64,000 nt of DNA from Tubiluchus corallicola (GCA_030141605.1 JAQGDQ010000083.1:372001-436000), one strand, 5' to 3'. Positions 11,834 to 25,394 are shown, numbered from the stretch's first letter. The notes: generated by a model from the sequence alone, not told the origin. Numbers and translations are program-made.

Positions 11834-14800
11834 TTAATCTGTAATGATACCTTCCAGATTGGAGAAATCGTGTTCAAAATAATTAAAGAACCCCAATTCA
11901 ATCCACTTTTCTATCATCTTCCAGAAATAAAGAATTCTACACTCAAAGAATTTTTTCACATCTTCATCAACGTTGCCAAGTTTGACTAGATCATTCACCA
12001 TGTCTTTGGGAGACCAAGGTTGGTGAACAAATGAATGTGCCTGATAAGGTTCGAATCCAGCTTCCACTCGTTTCTGGTAGTCTTCAGCAGCATGGCGGTC
12101 CATCTCCTCTGTAGATGGCAGCTCCAACGTTCCATTTAGCACTTTTATAGCAATGGGTGCTTGTAGATGCCCTAAGAGGAAGTCCAGTGGATTATATGGC
12201 AAATTTATAAACATTAATGTATGATACTTTGTATGAATCATGTGGTGGTATAATGGTTTTACATGTCGATCATATTCAACAGTCACTTCACAAGAAGGGT
12301 CGAGAAATGGAAACGTAGTTTTATAACCAGTACACAACATGAGCATATCAGCTTCTTTTTGCTCACCATCAATGAACTTTATCGTATTGCCGTCAACTGA
12401 ATCCACCCACTTGACTGTTTTAATGGGATATTTGCCAGATTTGTACTGTCCAGTAAGGTTCAGAACATCAGTCTTTACAGCTATAGTTATCTCCCCAGCA
12501 TAGGGGTACAATTCTCTAGATATATCAAAGCCAGAAAACTGCGATCCAACAATAACAACCTTTTTACCCTCATAGACTTCGGGGATACGATAATCATGAC
12601 TGTGCATCAATATTCCTTTGAATGTGTCGAGTCCTGGAATGTCAGGCACAAAAGGGTCAGTAAAATGACCAGTGCAAACCAAAACTGCATCAAAAATGCT
12701 CTCCAGAGATTTCTCAGTTATTATGTTTCTTCTTTCTACCCTCCACTGGGGCCTCGTTTCAGAAGCAGAAGGTACACGGCTTACTGATGTAACGATGTGG
12801 CAAAAGTGAATGTTTTCTAAAAGTCCAAATTCTTTTGCATACCCTTGTAGGTAATCAAATACCTAAAAGTAATAAAAATGGCTTAAATTTTCAAATATGT
12901 GCTTGCATAGCAAAATCGTCCATAAGTCGGCAATTAAGCTTTTCTAGTTATTCACATGTCCTGAATCTCCATTTCATGAGGATCATTTTGATACCAAGCT
13001 CATCGCTCTATGTTATTTCTGTGATAATCCACGTTGAAACTGAGGCGCATGCTACCCACTGAAAAATGTAATCTTGAGAAAAATAATGTTGAAATCGGCC
13101 ATTGTTTTTGTGGCGTCTCTACAAAACACTTAGCAAACATATGGAAGTGTGGTTACTATGGATTTTACAAGAGCAAATTGAAGTTACGTTTAAATCCAGT
13201 AGATGGCTCTTCCTGACGAAGATCTGGTCTTGTCAAAAAAAAACCGAAGCAAAATGGCTGCTTCCATGAGCTACAATCGGAGTTAGAAAATACAAGTTTT
13301 TTTTACAAATATAGTAGTAGTTTCTAGACAGAAAAGTGGGTAAGGTGTTATAAAATAAGGTTTTTAGTATTTTTTTGGACATTTTCCTGATAATTCGATG
13401 GTAGAATACAAAAGTCCAGTATATTTAGTATTTGTTTTCATGAAAAATGAAAAATCAACATTTGACCAAATTTTTGGTGCTTTCTACTTTGAAGCATCAT
13501 AATGTAGTTTTAACTATGCTGACTTATGGAGGGTTTTGGCTTGCAAGCACACAAATCACATCTACGAATATTAGGTACATTACCAAAACTTTGTTCATCA
13601 AACAAGAATTTATAATTATTCAAAAAAACTTTTCAAAACATGAAGATGTTAATACTGCCACTACCTTTGCCCGATGAGGAAATAGTTCAACCTCGGGAGG
13701 AAACTTATAACCAGGAAATGCCATTAGATGCTTGGTTGTGACGGCGATCATATTTGTGTAAATAGAAGAGTGAACTGGGTATCCGTCATCATCCAAACCA
13801 ATATTTGATTTGTGATTCCACTGCCCACCTGTTGTAAATGAAAAATTTTAAAGTATACGTGCAATGTACGTACATTTTTATGGTAAATAAATAAAAAAAT
13901 TGTAGGTCAATGTTAAAAGTGAATAATTTATGGACGTGTTTTGGGAAATAATGTCTCCACCAGCAAGCTATCAAACATTGATTTGACATTTCAAATCTCA
14001 TGAAATGAAACCTTGAATTGCATTTAATTTACAGTAGCAACTTCAGATCATAATGTTACGGACCACTGCTTTGCAAGCAATAAAATTCTTAAGAAACATC
14101 TGTTAGAGGGAAGTTAGGACAAAAAATCAGCTCAATTTTCATTTTTACCATGTTTTCACCGTCTAAGATCAACTAGAATAAGAGAAATATAAATTAAAGA
14201 TCAAAGCAAGTGATGAATGAATGTTCATGTTTAGCTTTTGTTTTCTAGTTTGTTAGTGATGAAAATTGGGCATCCAACTTTTTTGTGCAAATTAGCACGT
14301 GAGGTAAAACAAGTTGAACAAGTAAAGAGAGCAGTAGAATAAAGCTTGTACAGTCTTTGGCTTCCAGCAGCTAAATTCCAAGCTTGCCATTAGTTAATCA
14401 CCATGGTTGACGATTAGCTGTTACAGGAAGTTTTCATTTACTTTCAGTTCATTTTATTTACAAGCAAATATTATCAATGGCCATTGTTATATGAAGCTAT
14501 GAGTTTACTTTAGCAATTATTGCTCAACAGCAAATTGCACATAAGATTCTTGGAAGCTTTTTTATCCTACTAGGCTTTATATACCAGCACTGAACAATAA
14601 GAGAACTTACAAAAATAAACAGAAGACAATGTAGTGGCCTAGCACACTCCACTAGTATATTACGGCAAACTATATGTTTCTTCTAAAGAAAATTCTCAAT
14701 CTGTACGTTAATATCTGGAAAAATTTTCTTTGCTAAGAAGTTACTTGAAACCCTTCTCATTAACAACAACAACCATGAGAACTTTTGCGATTCACACAGC

Positions 14801-15016
14801 CCACATGTAGCAGCCAAAAATCAGAATTTAACTTTAATTTCAAAAGCATCAGTGCGTAAAATTACAATTCACAATCATAATCTTACCAACACAATCGTAT
14901 CTTTCGAAAACTTCATATTTGAATTCCTCCGGATGAAGAGATAGGTGTCGTGCACAAGCTAAACCACCTGGACCAGCACCAATAATTGCAACATTTATTT
15001 TTTGTTGTGAACTCAT
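11834..15016 (-). CDS. Flavin-containing monooxygenase (invertebrate FMO / GS-OX-like), 440 aa, 3 coding exons
   Basis: Exons 15016-14887, 13828-13665, 12862-11834 (GT-AG, 1323 nt). Motifs: FAD-binding VAIIGAGPGG, GGQW, DAVLVCTGH, FMO signature FKGILMHSHDY, NADPH-binding VVIVGSQFSG, LCTGY. A probable 5'UTR exon ends at a donor near 19695. Confidence 0.93.
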
Positions 15017-15134
15017 TTCTGTAAACTTGAAATAACAGGAAATATGTATAACACATGGATAGTAAGAACACTGATCTGCTTTTGTAATAAAACATTGACT
15101 GACACACTAGTAATCTGGCTAGGTCAATCAATGT

Positions 15135-15675
15135 GGAACTCATTTTAGAATGTGAAACTTCATGATGATCCATTGCAAAGACACAGAAGCTAAACGTTTT
15201 TCTAAAGGTCATCCTCCAACAATAACAACAAGAACAACAACGAGGACTGGAACTATTGTTTGGGTTACTCAAGCAGGAGGTTCAAAAATGTTATCACCGC
15301 CATCTTACATTCAAAACAACACATCGAAAATCCTTCTCGGACAATCGATTATCAATTTATTCTAGTACATTCATGTAAAGCTTCATGACTATCTATTGTG
15401 GATTCATGTAGCTGCAGAAGCTTTTTTCGAAAATGATGTTATCATGGCTGTCTTGAATTCAAGATGACAATTCAAAAATGTTACTCCGTCAGATGACGCA
15501 GAACTTGTTCTAGTATAATACTATAAGACTTTGTGATAATCCACTGTGAACTATCAGAACCTTAGACTTTTTTATAAAGTTCAGCAACCAACAACAACAA
15601 CGACAAGGACAACAACAAGCACAATATCCAGATGAGTAGCGATATTTGGGTCGAAAGCCTCGACCAAAGACAAGT
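15135..15675 (+). mobile_element. Degenerate repeat array with (ACA)n tract and 3' hairpin; Helentron/HINE-like remnant
   Basis: Three diverged units (TTCATGATGATCCATTG-like core at ~15160, ~15385, ~15535), ACA-rich tracts, and a terminal hairpin TTGGGTCGA-AAGCC-TCGACCAA. A related unit lies at ~38265-38375. Confidence 0.4.
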
Positions 15676-16074
15676 TCAGTTCCATGGGTACGAATTCATA
15701 AAAGTGAATTTGATGCATACCTGATGAAGACAATCAAGTTGGTTTTGCCCAGGTACTCTATAGTGACTGCACGTTCTTCTGTTACCTGCGTCTTTTTTGT
15801 ATGACTTGGTTCTCCCAATGTCGAAAAACCAATGGCTACTCTAAAAGCAGCAGGCAAAGTAAAAAAGAATGGAAAATTACTGCAACTCAAAGAGCATGTT
15901 ACACTTAATAATACTGGTATTAAGCATTATGTTAAACAAACATCAACACTAAAAGCAAACAGGGACATTTGTTCTGAAATTTCAACAAAAAAGACATGCA
16001 GACAAACTATCAGTTGGTTTTACAATATGAGTGAGCTCTCTGAGACTTGTCATCTTTAACATAAAAATACGTAA

Positions 16075-16340
16075 TGCTCTTATCTAGTCTCAAAGATTAC
16101 ATATTTTTATTTCAGAAACTTTCACCCTAGCGGGTCTCATCAGGTAAACAGACTGTGCTGCTAACCCTGGGAGCTCGTTAGCAACACAGTACATTCAGCT
16201 GATGAGGCTCACTAGGGAGAATGACAATGCCAGCACTCTAAAATTAGCAGTACAGTGTTCCAGCTAATGAAGCCCACTAGGGTGAAAGCTTTCATAATAA
16301 AAATAATATTCATTGAGACTATAAAGCCATTACATTTTTC
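16075..16340. repeat. Imperfect inverted repeat carrying hammerhead-like cores (Penelope-like remnant)
   Basis: The arms are reverse complements. Minus strand: CTGATGA-GACCC-GCTA-GGGT-GAAA (16143-16120). Plus strand: CTGATGAGGCTCACTAGGGAGAA (from 16199) and CTAATGA-AGCCC-ACTA-GGGT-GAAA (16264-16287). Confidence 0.6.
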
Positions 16341-16789
16341 ATATCAGTTATTCCAAAACTGGGTTGATTTGTAACAGCACCTAGCATGGGCTAATAATCT
16401 ACAGGAAAAGTGAAAATACACACAACTGAATAAAATATAAATAAATTAATAAATAATTTTAAACTGATGAATGAATGAATGAGTGAGCGAGCAAACGAGC
16501 AAGCGGGCAAGCAAATGAGTGAACGAAAACACATAATAGAACAAACAGAGAAATGTGGAATTTCTAAGAAGTGAAAGAAAAATGATTGGATGATATGAAT
16601 GAATAAATAAATAAATAAATGAACGAGGATTACTTACACAAAACATAATGAAGCAATCATCACTACATATGCTGCTTGTACAACACTAATGTGAGCTCTC
16701 TGTGAAATTATTTGAGTTCTGCTTGTATAATCTCATATTCATGAGCTCTATGAGATCATTGTGAGCTCTGTATGTGTGAGCTCCTGTTG

Positions 16790-18632
16790 AGTTCTCTGTG
16801 AGACCACATGAGTTCTGTTTATATAACCTCACATTGATGAGCTCTCTGTGAGACCACATGAGTTCTGTTTATATAACCTCACATTGATGAGCTCTCTGTG
16901 AGACCACATGAGTTCTGTTTATATAACCTCACATTCATGAGCTCTCTGTGAGCCCACATGAGTTCTGTTTATATAACCTCACATTGATGAGCTCTCTGTG
17001 AGACCACATGAGTTCTGTTTATATAACCTCACATTGATGAGCTCTCTGTGAGACCACATGAGTTCTGTTTATATAACCTCACATTGATGAGCTCTCTGTG
17101 AGCCCACATGAGTTCTGTTTATATAACCTCACATTCATGAGCTCTCTGTGAGCCCACATGAGTTCTGTTTATATAACCTCACATTCATGAGCTCTCTGTG
17201 AGCTCACATGAGTTCTGTTTATATAACCTCACATTGATGAGCTCTCTGTGAGCCCACATGAGTTCTGTTTATATAACCTCACATTGATGAGCTCTCTGTG
17301 AGCCCACATGAGTTCTGTTTATATAACCTCACATGAGCTCTCTGTGAGACCGCATGAGTTCTGTTTATATAACCTCACATTGATGAGCTCTCTGTGAGAC
17401 CGCATGAGTTCTGTTTATATAACCTCACATTGATGAGCTCTCTGTGAGACCGCATGAGTTCTGTTTATATAACCTCACATTTATGAGCTCTCTGTGAGAC
17501 CGCATGAGTTCTGTTTATATAACCTCACATTCATGACTTCTCTGTGAGACCGCATGAGTTCTGTTTATATAACCTCACATTGATGAGCTCTCTGTGAGCC
17601 CACATGAGTTCTGTTTATATAACCTCACATTTATGAGCTCTCTGTGAGACCGCATGAGTTCTGTTTATATAACCTCACATTGATGAGCTCTCTGTGAGAC
17701 CGCATGAGTTCTGTTTATATAACCTCACATTGATGAGCTCTCTGTGAGACCACATGAGTTCTGTTTATATAACCTCACATTTATGAGCTCTCTGTGAGAC
17801 CACATGAGTTCTGTTTATATAACCTCACATTTATGAGCTCTCTGTGAGACCACATGAGTTCTGTTTATATAACCTCACATTGATGAGCTCTCTGTGAGAC
17901 CACATGAGTTCTGTTTATATAACCTCACATTGATGAGCTCTCTGTGAGACCACATGAGTTCTGTTTATATAACCTCACATTGATGAGCTCTCTGTGAGAC
18001 CACATGAGTTCTGTTTATATAACCTCACATTGATGAGCTCTCTGTGAGACCACATGAGTTCTGTTTATATAACCTCACATTTATGAGCTCTCTGTGAGAC
18101 CACATGAGTTCTGTTTATATAACCTCACATTTATGAGCTCTCTGTGAGACCACATGAGTTCTGTTTATATAACATCACATTGATGAGCTCTCTGTGAGAC
18201 CACATGAGTTCTGTTTATATAACCTCAAATTGATGAGCTCTCTGTGAGACCACATGAGTTCTGTTTATATAACCTCACATTGATGAGCTCTCTGTGAGAC
18301 CACATGAGTTCTGTTTATATAACCTCACATTGATGAGCTGTCTGTGAGACCACATGAGTTCTGTTTATATAACCTCACATTTATGAGCTCTCTGTGAGAC
18401 CACGTGAGTTCTGTTTATATAACCTCACATTTATGAGCTCTCTGTGAGACCACGAGTTCTGTTTATATAACCTCACATTGATGAGCTTTCTGTGAGACCA
18501 TGAGTTCTGTTTATATAACCTCACATTGATGAGCTCTCTGTGAGACCACGAGTTCTGTTTATATAACCTCACATTTATGAGCTCTCTGTGAGACCACGAG
18601 TTCTGTTTATATAACCTCACATTGATGAGGTC
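16790..18632. repeat. 50-bp tandem minisatellite, ~37 copies
   Basis: Unit GAGCTCTCTGTGAGACCACATGAGTTCTGTTTATATAACCTCACATTGAT. The last few units are 48 bp, and degenerate copies lie on both flanks. Confidence 0.97.
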
Positions 18633-20109
18633 CATGTGAGCTCATGTTCAGCTCTCTTTAAATTTTGAGATCATTGTGACTTCTGCTAGTACAATTTTAC
18701 ATTCACAAGCTCTGCATGACATCATGGCAAGTTTATTTCTATGGTATCACTGTTATGAGCTTTGTACGGCATAACAGTTAGTTCAAAAGCTCGATCCCAC
18801 AGCTGTGAAAGACATATAAGGAAAATGTGACATCAGTTAAGACTCACATCTTCGCTATGAGCAGCTTACTGTAACATTAGAGTACATTAGAGTAAACACC
18901 ACACAGAGGAAACCTACCTCTACCTATTAACATACCTCTCTTAATGGCAGTTAAACCTATTATCCAGCAGCTGACATTTGAAGAGCTCAGTAAATACGTC
19001 TCTTAGTTACATAAGCCTATTAGAGGAAAGGCAGTCATGCTTTTAAAATGGAGCATGCTATATCTCATCATAATTATTGAGTTAGCTACTAAATTTTTTT
19101 TTACTTTGTGATACTTCCCCTAAACAGTGATGTATTAAAAGTGATTTATACAATACTAGTAATAAATTAGATACATTAAGTTCATAAATTGATGACGGTA
19201 TAAAGAGAGATACAGTTACTCAAGCCAATGCGCCTAATTGTTTCTTCACTGACTTGTCAGCCATATTTGGGTTGTCTAACTGGAAAGGCAGTATTTTAAA
19301 GCACCAGGTTGAAATCCAAGACTAAAAGCCTTTTCCATTCTTTCCAAATTAGAAGGCGTTAAGATTTTATGTAATTGAGAATGATGCCATCAATAATACC
19401 TAAGCACAGTAAGTAACATGGCACATATGTTGAGATTAAGTTACAAGATCATTAGACGCAACATGGTAGGGCAAGAAAGATAATCTAAAACCGCTAACAG
19501 GAGGGTACCCTGGTATTTACAACGCGTTTACCCCTGGAACGCATGTACAAGGTTAGAAAACTGAAGAGCAAAAGAGTTTGATAAACATATTTAGAACGTT
19601 AGCAAGCCGCCGTGCTAATCAAATGTACACACATATCATGATCGTAAATATAGGAAACACAAACAATTGCATGCAGCTGCTAGCATAGACTTACCTCTGG
19701 CTTTAAGATGCAACTAAAAACTGACAAGGGAAGCCATTTAGGAAGCTGAAGATCTACTATAATGGCACCACAAAATCACGTTCTGCAGACTGAAAATCTC
19801 AGATGAAATCTTGGTTAAACCAACTGCTGACGCGAAGTGCACCTTCACATTAACTGGATATTTATGTTTATACACGATTTTCTGCCCTTTGCACAACCAA
19901 TGGGCGATATATAACAAGCGGAAAATAGCTGTAGCAGCGATACAAGGTTATTGATGCGGGCTGGAACTCAAGCGTCGTCATTCATTCAATAAAATTGCTG
20001 CGCGCATGAGTAATAGCTTAAAGGACGGCAGGATGATTTTTCATATACTATCCCATTTTCAAATCCTATAAAAGGTACGTATTTTAACACAATAGTGCAA
20101 AAGCGTTTC

Positions 20110-20619
20110 TGATAACCAATAAAAAATGATTAAAAGCTTAATTAACGGCGGGTGAGCCAAACTATTCATGACATCACAAACTAGCATAATTTTCAAAAGC
20201 AAAAATATTCCACGAGCGTGTTGCACGTGTTTACGAAAGCGAAAATTGAAGTACGGTGCTACTGTAAGATATTTAGTGTGTTGTACTACAACTAGGCAAG
20301 TTTAAAGATAAAAATTCAAATTTCAAGTTTACCGCACTGTGCTCACGTCGTCACAAACTAACACATCCGAACTGAGAGGTACAACACCTATTTTTGTGCA
20401 CTGCATTTCCAAAATGCAGGCGCTAGTGCCCTTCTAACTAGCGAATGGCGAAATGCATGTAACAGTGAAGAACTAGTGGCACGAATGCTAAATTGTGTTT
20501 GTGTGGTAATAATTATTTAACGTAAGTCATTTCTCAAAAAATGGTGTGTTTCCTTTTAATATTTTAAAGAGTAGATTGTTTTGACTTACAGTTTAACATT
20601 TGCTCCGGTTTTGCTTTAA
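20110..20619 (-). mobile_element. MITE family A, copy 2
   Basis: Reverse-complement similarity to 6517-7015. Ends CCGGTTTTGCTTTAA. Confidence 0.7.
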
Positions 20620-21836
20620 TAGACTCGTAATATCATTTCCCTCACAGGGCAGAATTAAAATCGTGTAACAATATGCATTGTAGTAGTTATGTATAAGTGA
20701 AATTAGGAAAGGCTTTCACTCAACATGACACAATACAAAATTACAAATTTATTACATCTTTTATCCAAACTGAAATCTGACACTCCAAGCTGTCTTTAAC
20801 AATATAACATATTTCAAACTGCCGTGATGACAGCTTTTCACTGGACATTATTACAAGACATACATTGCAAATTTCCCACAAATGGCCTCATTAAAGTCTG
20901 AACACCCCACGAACAAATAAAATAAAAGTATGAAAATGGTCTAGAATCGCTTCAAGTATCATGACCAGTGAATACGTGCACTCAAGTTGCCAATTGTCCA
21001 ATAGAACAATTTGGCACAGGCAGCTAAACAATGATCGAGCAGACATAACTGCACTGTAATTTGATGAATAAATTGAAATGTATGTTACCAAACAAAAAAG
21101 CTCTAAATAATTCAAATATTTATAGTGATTATCAATAATGATGGGACGAACCATTACTAATTAAATTTTGATACCGAACTCGCAAAAAACAGGAGATGTA
21201 AAGAGTTGGAACACGGCCAGGACTTCAACCAGGTACCTTTGACTTGCAAAGCTGATGCTACACGTGGATTTGTTTCATCATTTGCACTAAATATTTGTTT
21301 GGTGCAGAAATTGGAAATTGTACATCCATATAACAATAACAGACCCGTTAAATGTGGGGAGAGATGAAGTATACTAGCCTACAAAAGTCATGGTGTGTTA
21401 CGTAATGCCAAACATGCACGTGGCGCCATCAGTTGGCAAGAAAGAAACGTTTCTTATTTTTAATAAAAACATTCCCAACAAAACGACACATAATAAAGCA
21501 AATTAGAAGTAAAATGTAAAAATCGCAGTTACAGAACAATTGCTGGTTTATAGTAACAATGCTTATGAAATATAAATACTCTGTTGAGAATATACAAGGA
21601 GGGAAAGACATGAGAAAGCTCTAGGACCAGATTTGAAAGTGCCACACACGTAAGTCCATAAATTGATCATGTAATTAGTACACATAGATAGTCCCAGAAA
21701 ATGCGACAAGGCAGTTTTCAATCAAAGTAAAGTGTACTTAATAGAAGCTTAAAAAATATAACAAACAACATGAACAGAACCATGGCTTAGAACCACGAGA
21801 ATAACTCTGTATTAGTACCTCTTCGCACGAAAATGG

Positions 21837-22907
21837 TCACCTCTCGTTTGCTTTACAATGCAACTTCATATACGTGTCCCAAAACAACTTTGCTAACTCT
21901 AAATCTTTACTGATATGTATAAAAATCACTTTACATAAGTGCATGGGGATTTTCTTGACTTTTGGATACTGTCTGTTCAAAACACAGTCCATACTAGCAC
22001 ACCTGTACTTGTCTGGATATGACAAACCAAAAATAAGTTCCCTAGGTGATGCAACGATTTCAGCTCCAACCGTCCTGCCTAAAATTCCTGATATGAAAAG
22101 ATCTTCGATATGGATTGGTGTAATTTTGAGAGATTCGGCGTACATCTTCTTAGCAACATCCAAACTCATCACGTACCCAGGACCATCAACGTACGGCGGG
22201 TATGTCTTGTTTGGGTAGTCCTCGTATGACAAGTACCACTGACTAGTATTGTCCCGGATTGGTTTCAATCCAAAATTGATGTGGCCAAATATGGTATTAG
22301 ACTTGGGAAGTGATTGCAAATGCCGCATCAATGTTTCAAAGTTGACAAATATATCAGTGTCAGCTTTCATGTAAAATGACGCCTGTCGACACACTGTACT
22401 AGCAATATGTAATAAAGTGATGCTCTTATACACAAGGTTGTGGTAAGTGTCTGTAAAGCTAGCCATTATGACATCATAATAATTATCTAACTCGTCATTG
22501 AGTCTTTGACGAGTCTCTCTATCAGTCACTGCTGGACTGCCGACAACAAAATATAACTCACTATCCCACCTGGATTTCGCTTCACTTCCCCAAGTTTTCC
22601 TCACCGATTCCCGCCATTCAAATTGACTCACAGCTGAATTCACCAATAAAAGCAGGAAAGTGTCGTTTGAACACGAGATATGTGGAAGTTTATAATAATA
22701 AGCCGTCTTATAAACCTTGTAATTCACGAACTTGTAAGCTTTCATTCGATTTTCAGACAAGCCAGCTAGCAAATCAGATCTATCCTGATCTATGTCAGGT
22801 GTGGCGTGTGGAAATAAACTTTGAGAAGCCCAAAAGTTTAAACAGCTTGCACAAAATACTACAAAAAGTATAAATGAAATAAAAAATCTCCTGGCATGCC
22901 GCTGCAT
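21837..22907 (-). CDS. Beta-1,3-galactosyltransferase-like (GT31), type II membrane protein, single coding exon, ~356 aa
   Basis: N-terminal TM anchor (FFISFILFVVFCASCL). Motifs FLLLLVNS, R..VRKTWG, FTDTYHNLVYKS, DxD in FYMKADTDIFVN, YPPYVDGPGYVMS, IEDLFISG. The first ATG is at 22907; the ORF track opens at a TTG at 22928. Confidence 0.92.
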   Translation of the reverse strand: MQRHARRFFISFILFVVFCASCLNFWASQSLFPHATPDIDQDRSDLLAGLSENRMKAYKFVNYKVYKTAYYYKLPHISCSNDTFLLLLVNSAVSQFEWRESVRKTWGSEAKSRWDSELYFVVGSPAVTDRETRQRLNDELDNYYDVIMASFTDTYHNLVYKSITLLHIASTVCRQASFYMKADTDIFVNFETLMRHLQSLPKSNTIFGHINFGLKPIRDNTSQWYLSYEDYPNKTYPPYVDGPGYVMSLDVAKKMYAESLKITPIHIEDLFISGILGRTVGAEIVASPRELIFGLSYPDKYRCASMDCVLNRQYPKVKKIPMHLCKVIFIHISKDLELAKLFWDTYMKLHCKANER

Positions 22908-24691
22908 TATCAGTAAAAGCGAAAGCAAACTCCTACATAGTCAACTACAAAAACCCAGCTACTCTGCAATACTTCAACAGAGCCGCAACAAGAAAAGTTC
23001 AACAACCTATTCACTGGACTAGAGCAATGCGATCTACATTCATGCATGACTACACCTGCACCATCGGTGTGCTAATTATGCCTACGCCAATAAGACAGGT
23101 ATAAAAAACTGAAAAAACTATTAAGAAACTAACTTGATGTTTGAATACTGGAAAGCAAAATCAACGAAATAAATTGCAAAATTTTTTATACAGTTTTAGC
23201 ACATTGCAAACTGGAATGCAGCACTCATGGTACGTGTATAAAACCGGTTTTTCACTTTAGATTATCAATGTGACTGTAGAAATCACATTCACCAATTTCG
23301 AGCAAAAACCTGAATAAAACTAACACCAAATTAATAATGATCATGTTGGACAGTGGGTGACCTTAACTGGGTTAACTGGGACAGTGGGTTAACTGGGTCA
23401 AGTTTTTTTTGTAAGGCACTACTTGAAAAAATGTTCAATTATAATAACGACTTTAAGATCACGGAAACTTAAATAAACGATGCAAAAATGTTTGAATTGA
23501 AAAAATGAGAGCAAATTATTAAAATGTCTCTATAACAAAGGACAAACCGACAAACCATGAATACTTTCAAGTACAATATGGGATAACAACATTGGTGAAT
23601 TAATAAGTGAAATGGGGAGTTGCATCAAAGTTTGTATTTCCATAATATGTAACCAGTTGCATAACTTACAATTTACATTGAATTGGGAGACCAACTGAGT
23701 GTAGCTCATAGACTGTGTGTGGGTTTTGATGAGACAATTTTTGGTGGATTGGTAGGTGGCCTTTGATATTTGAGTCAAGTTGAAAGTAAACAACAAGACA
23801 CTTTAGATGATATGGAGATAAAATTATGGTTTGTAACAAGAGACTGATGAGTGACTACTGAAGGTGGTTCACCATCTTGCTTCTTTCTACCATGTAATCA
23901 AATCCCTAAATTTGCGAAATGACATATAAATATAAAATATGGCAAAATGGTAATGACATAATCTACGCATTTTCATCATATCAGACAAGAAGGATACCAA
24001 ACATAGAGTCTGAAGTCTACTGTCTGCAGGTGGCTATCAGCAAATGTCTTTGAAAAATAAAGGCAGAGTTTGCATGCCCAATAAAGGCAGCACAAAAGTA
24101 TGATTACAAAAAGGAAATAAAAAGCAAACCTGGTTATTGTTCATCTATTTTCCGATAACAAAAGTTGTTAAGACTGTTAATTTGATTTAAAATGTGCAAA
24201 TCAAGGTATCTCAATTATAAATTATTTAAGTACAATGAATTCTGGTTTTGGTACTGCTGTGTATTTCACTTTCTTATCTCTGCTAGTGTTGTGACTATCT
24301 GCTGCATAAGCTTTTACTCTATTGTCTATAAAATTATATGCAAATTAGAATCTGATAACAATATAATATCGTGATAACAAATAATATTGTATTATAATAA
24401 AATCTGAAGTTTCATATATAATGTATGTTCTACGAACTTTCAGTTCGAAACAAATTTTTTACTCACTTACTTAAAATTGTGCGGAATAAATCAAAATGCA
24501 ATGGCTGAAAATGAATTTATAATCAGCATATTGGCTGTGCAATAAAAATAATGCTGTAAAGACAAAACAGCATGAATGAAGCTAAGAAAAAATGGGGAGC
24601 AGCATCTAGATGCAATTCAAACTCCCAATCCATGTTTTCAGTCACATTTCTCTATCATTTATAAATTATGGTCACACTGAATTTGACACGA

Positions 24692-25394
24692 TTAACTCCC
24701 GCAGAACTGCACCAATCAAAATAAGTCTTATAAGACCTATGACTCTTCTGCTACTGTATGAGCACAGACATAACGAAGTGGTTACAAGTTAGATGCTGTT
24801 CTATTTAGGAAGGTCTCGACTATCCGATTATGCTATTTGCTTAAGCGTTTATTAATTATTTACTTGGATAAAATTAGGAAAAACACGTCCTTTTCAGACA
24901 CTCCAACTCAGCGTATTGAGTAGCTTAGTTTGGTGTACACTTGTGTGATCATACACACTATTAATTTTAGAGAACTGTCTACTGTACAGGGTTCTAGGAA
25001 AAACCAATGGATCAGCCAAGGACAAATTAAGGTCGTCTCACCTTTTAACAGGAAATTCTACTTAAAAATAGGGTAGACTCGAGGCTGAAGTGTTGTGTCT
25101 GGATAGTTGAAAATTTCTGCATTAGCCAATTTCACACGTGACACTGTATATTGTTATTGTGCAAACATTTCAGTTACTGAAAGCTTTTTTTCAATTTTTT
25201 CGTCAAAAATCGATTTTTAATTTGTCTAAGGTAAGAAATTGCATTTCATATAAAATTTTGCATGAAAGCCCCTCATGTGAGGAGTAGAAACCTATAAAAA
25301 TTATTCAAATTTAATGTAGTCATTGCTTAGCAAGAGTAGAATTTCATGAAGCTATGCAAAATGCAGCAAATTCTTACTGTTCTGAAGGAGTTAA
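24692..25394 (+). mobile_element. TTAA-flanked piggyBac-like MITE family B, copy 1
   Basis: TTAA|CTCCCGCAGAAC ... GTTCTGAAGGAG|TTAA. Extensive similarity to 35725-36237 (inverted) and 58374-59116. Confidence 0.8.

Noticed and set aside
16790-18632. CRISPR-like array, tandem hammerhead array, or the repeat ORF 18381-18635
   Set aside because: There are no unique spacers and no cas genes, and the context is eukaryotic. TTGATGA-GCTC is not followed by GAAA. The ORF exists only because the last units are 48 bp.
21874-22873. Antisense ORFs over the GT31 gene (also 48833-49327 and 5075-5437)
   Set aside because: They are shadow ORFs of real coding exons with no recognisable motifs.
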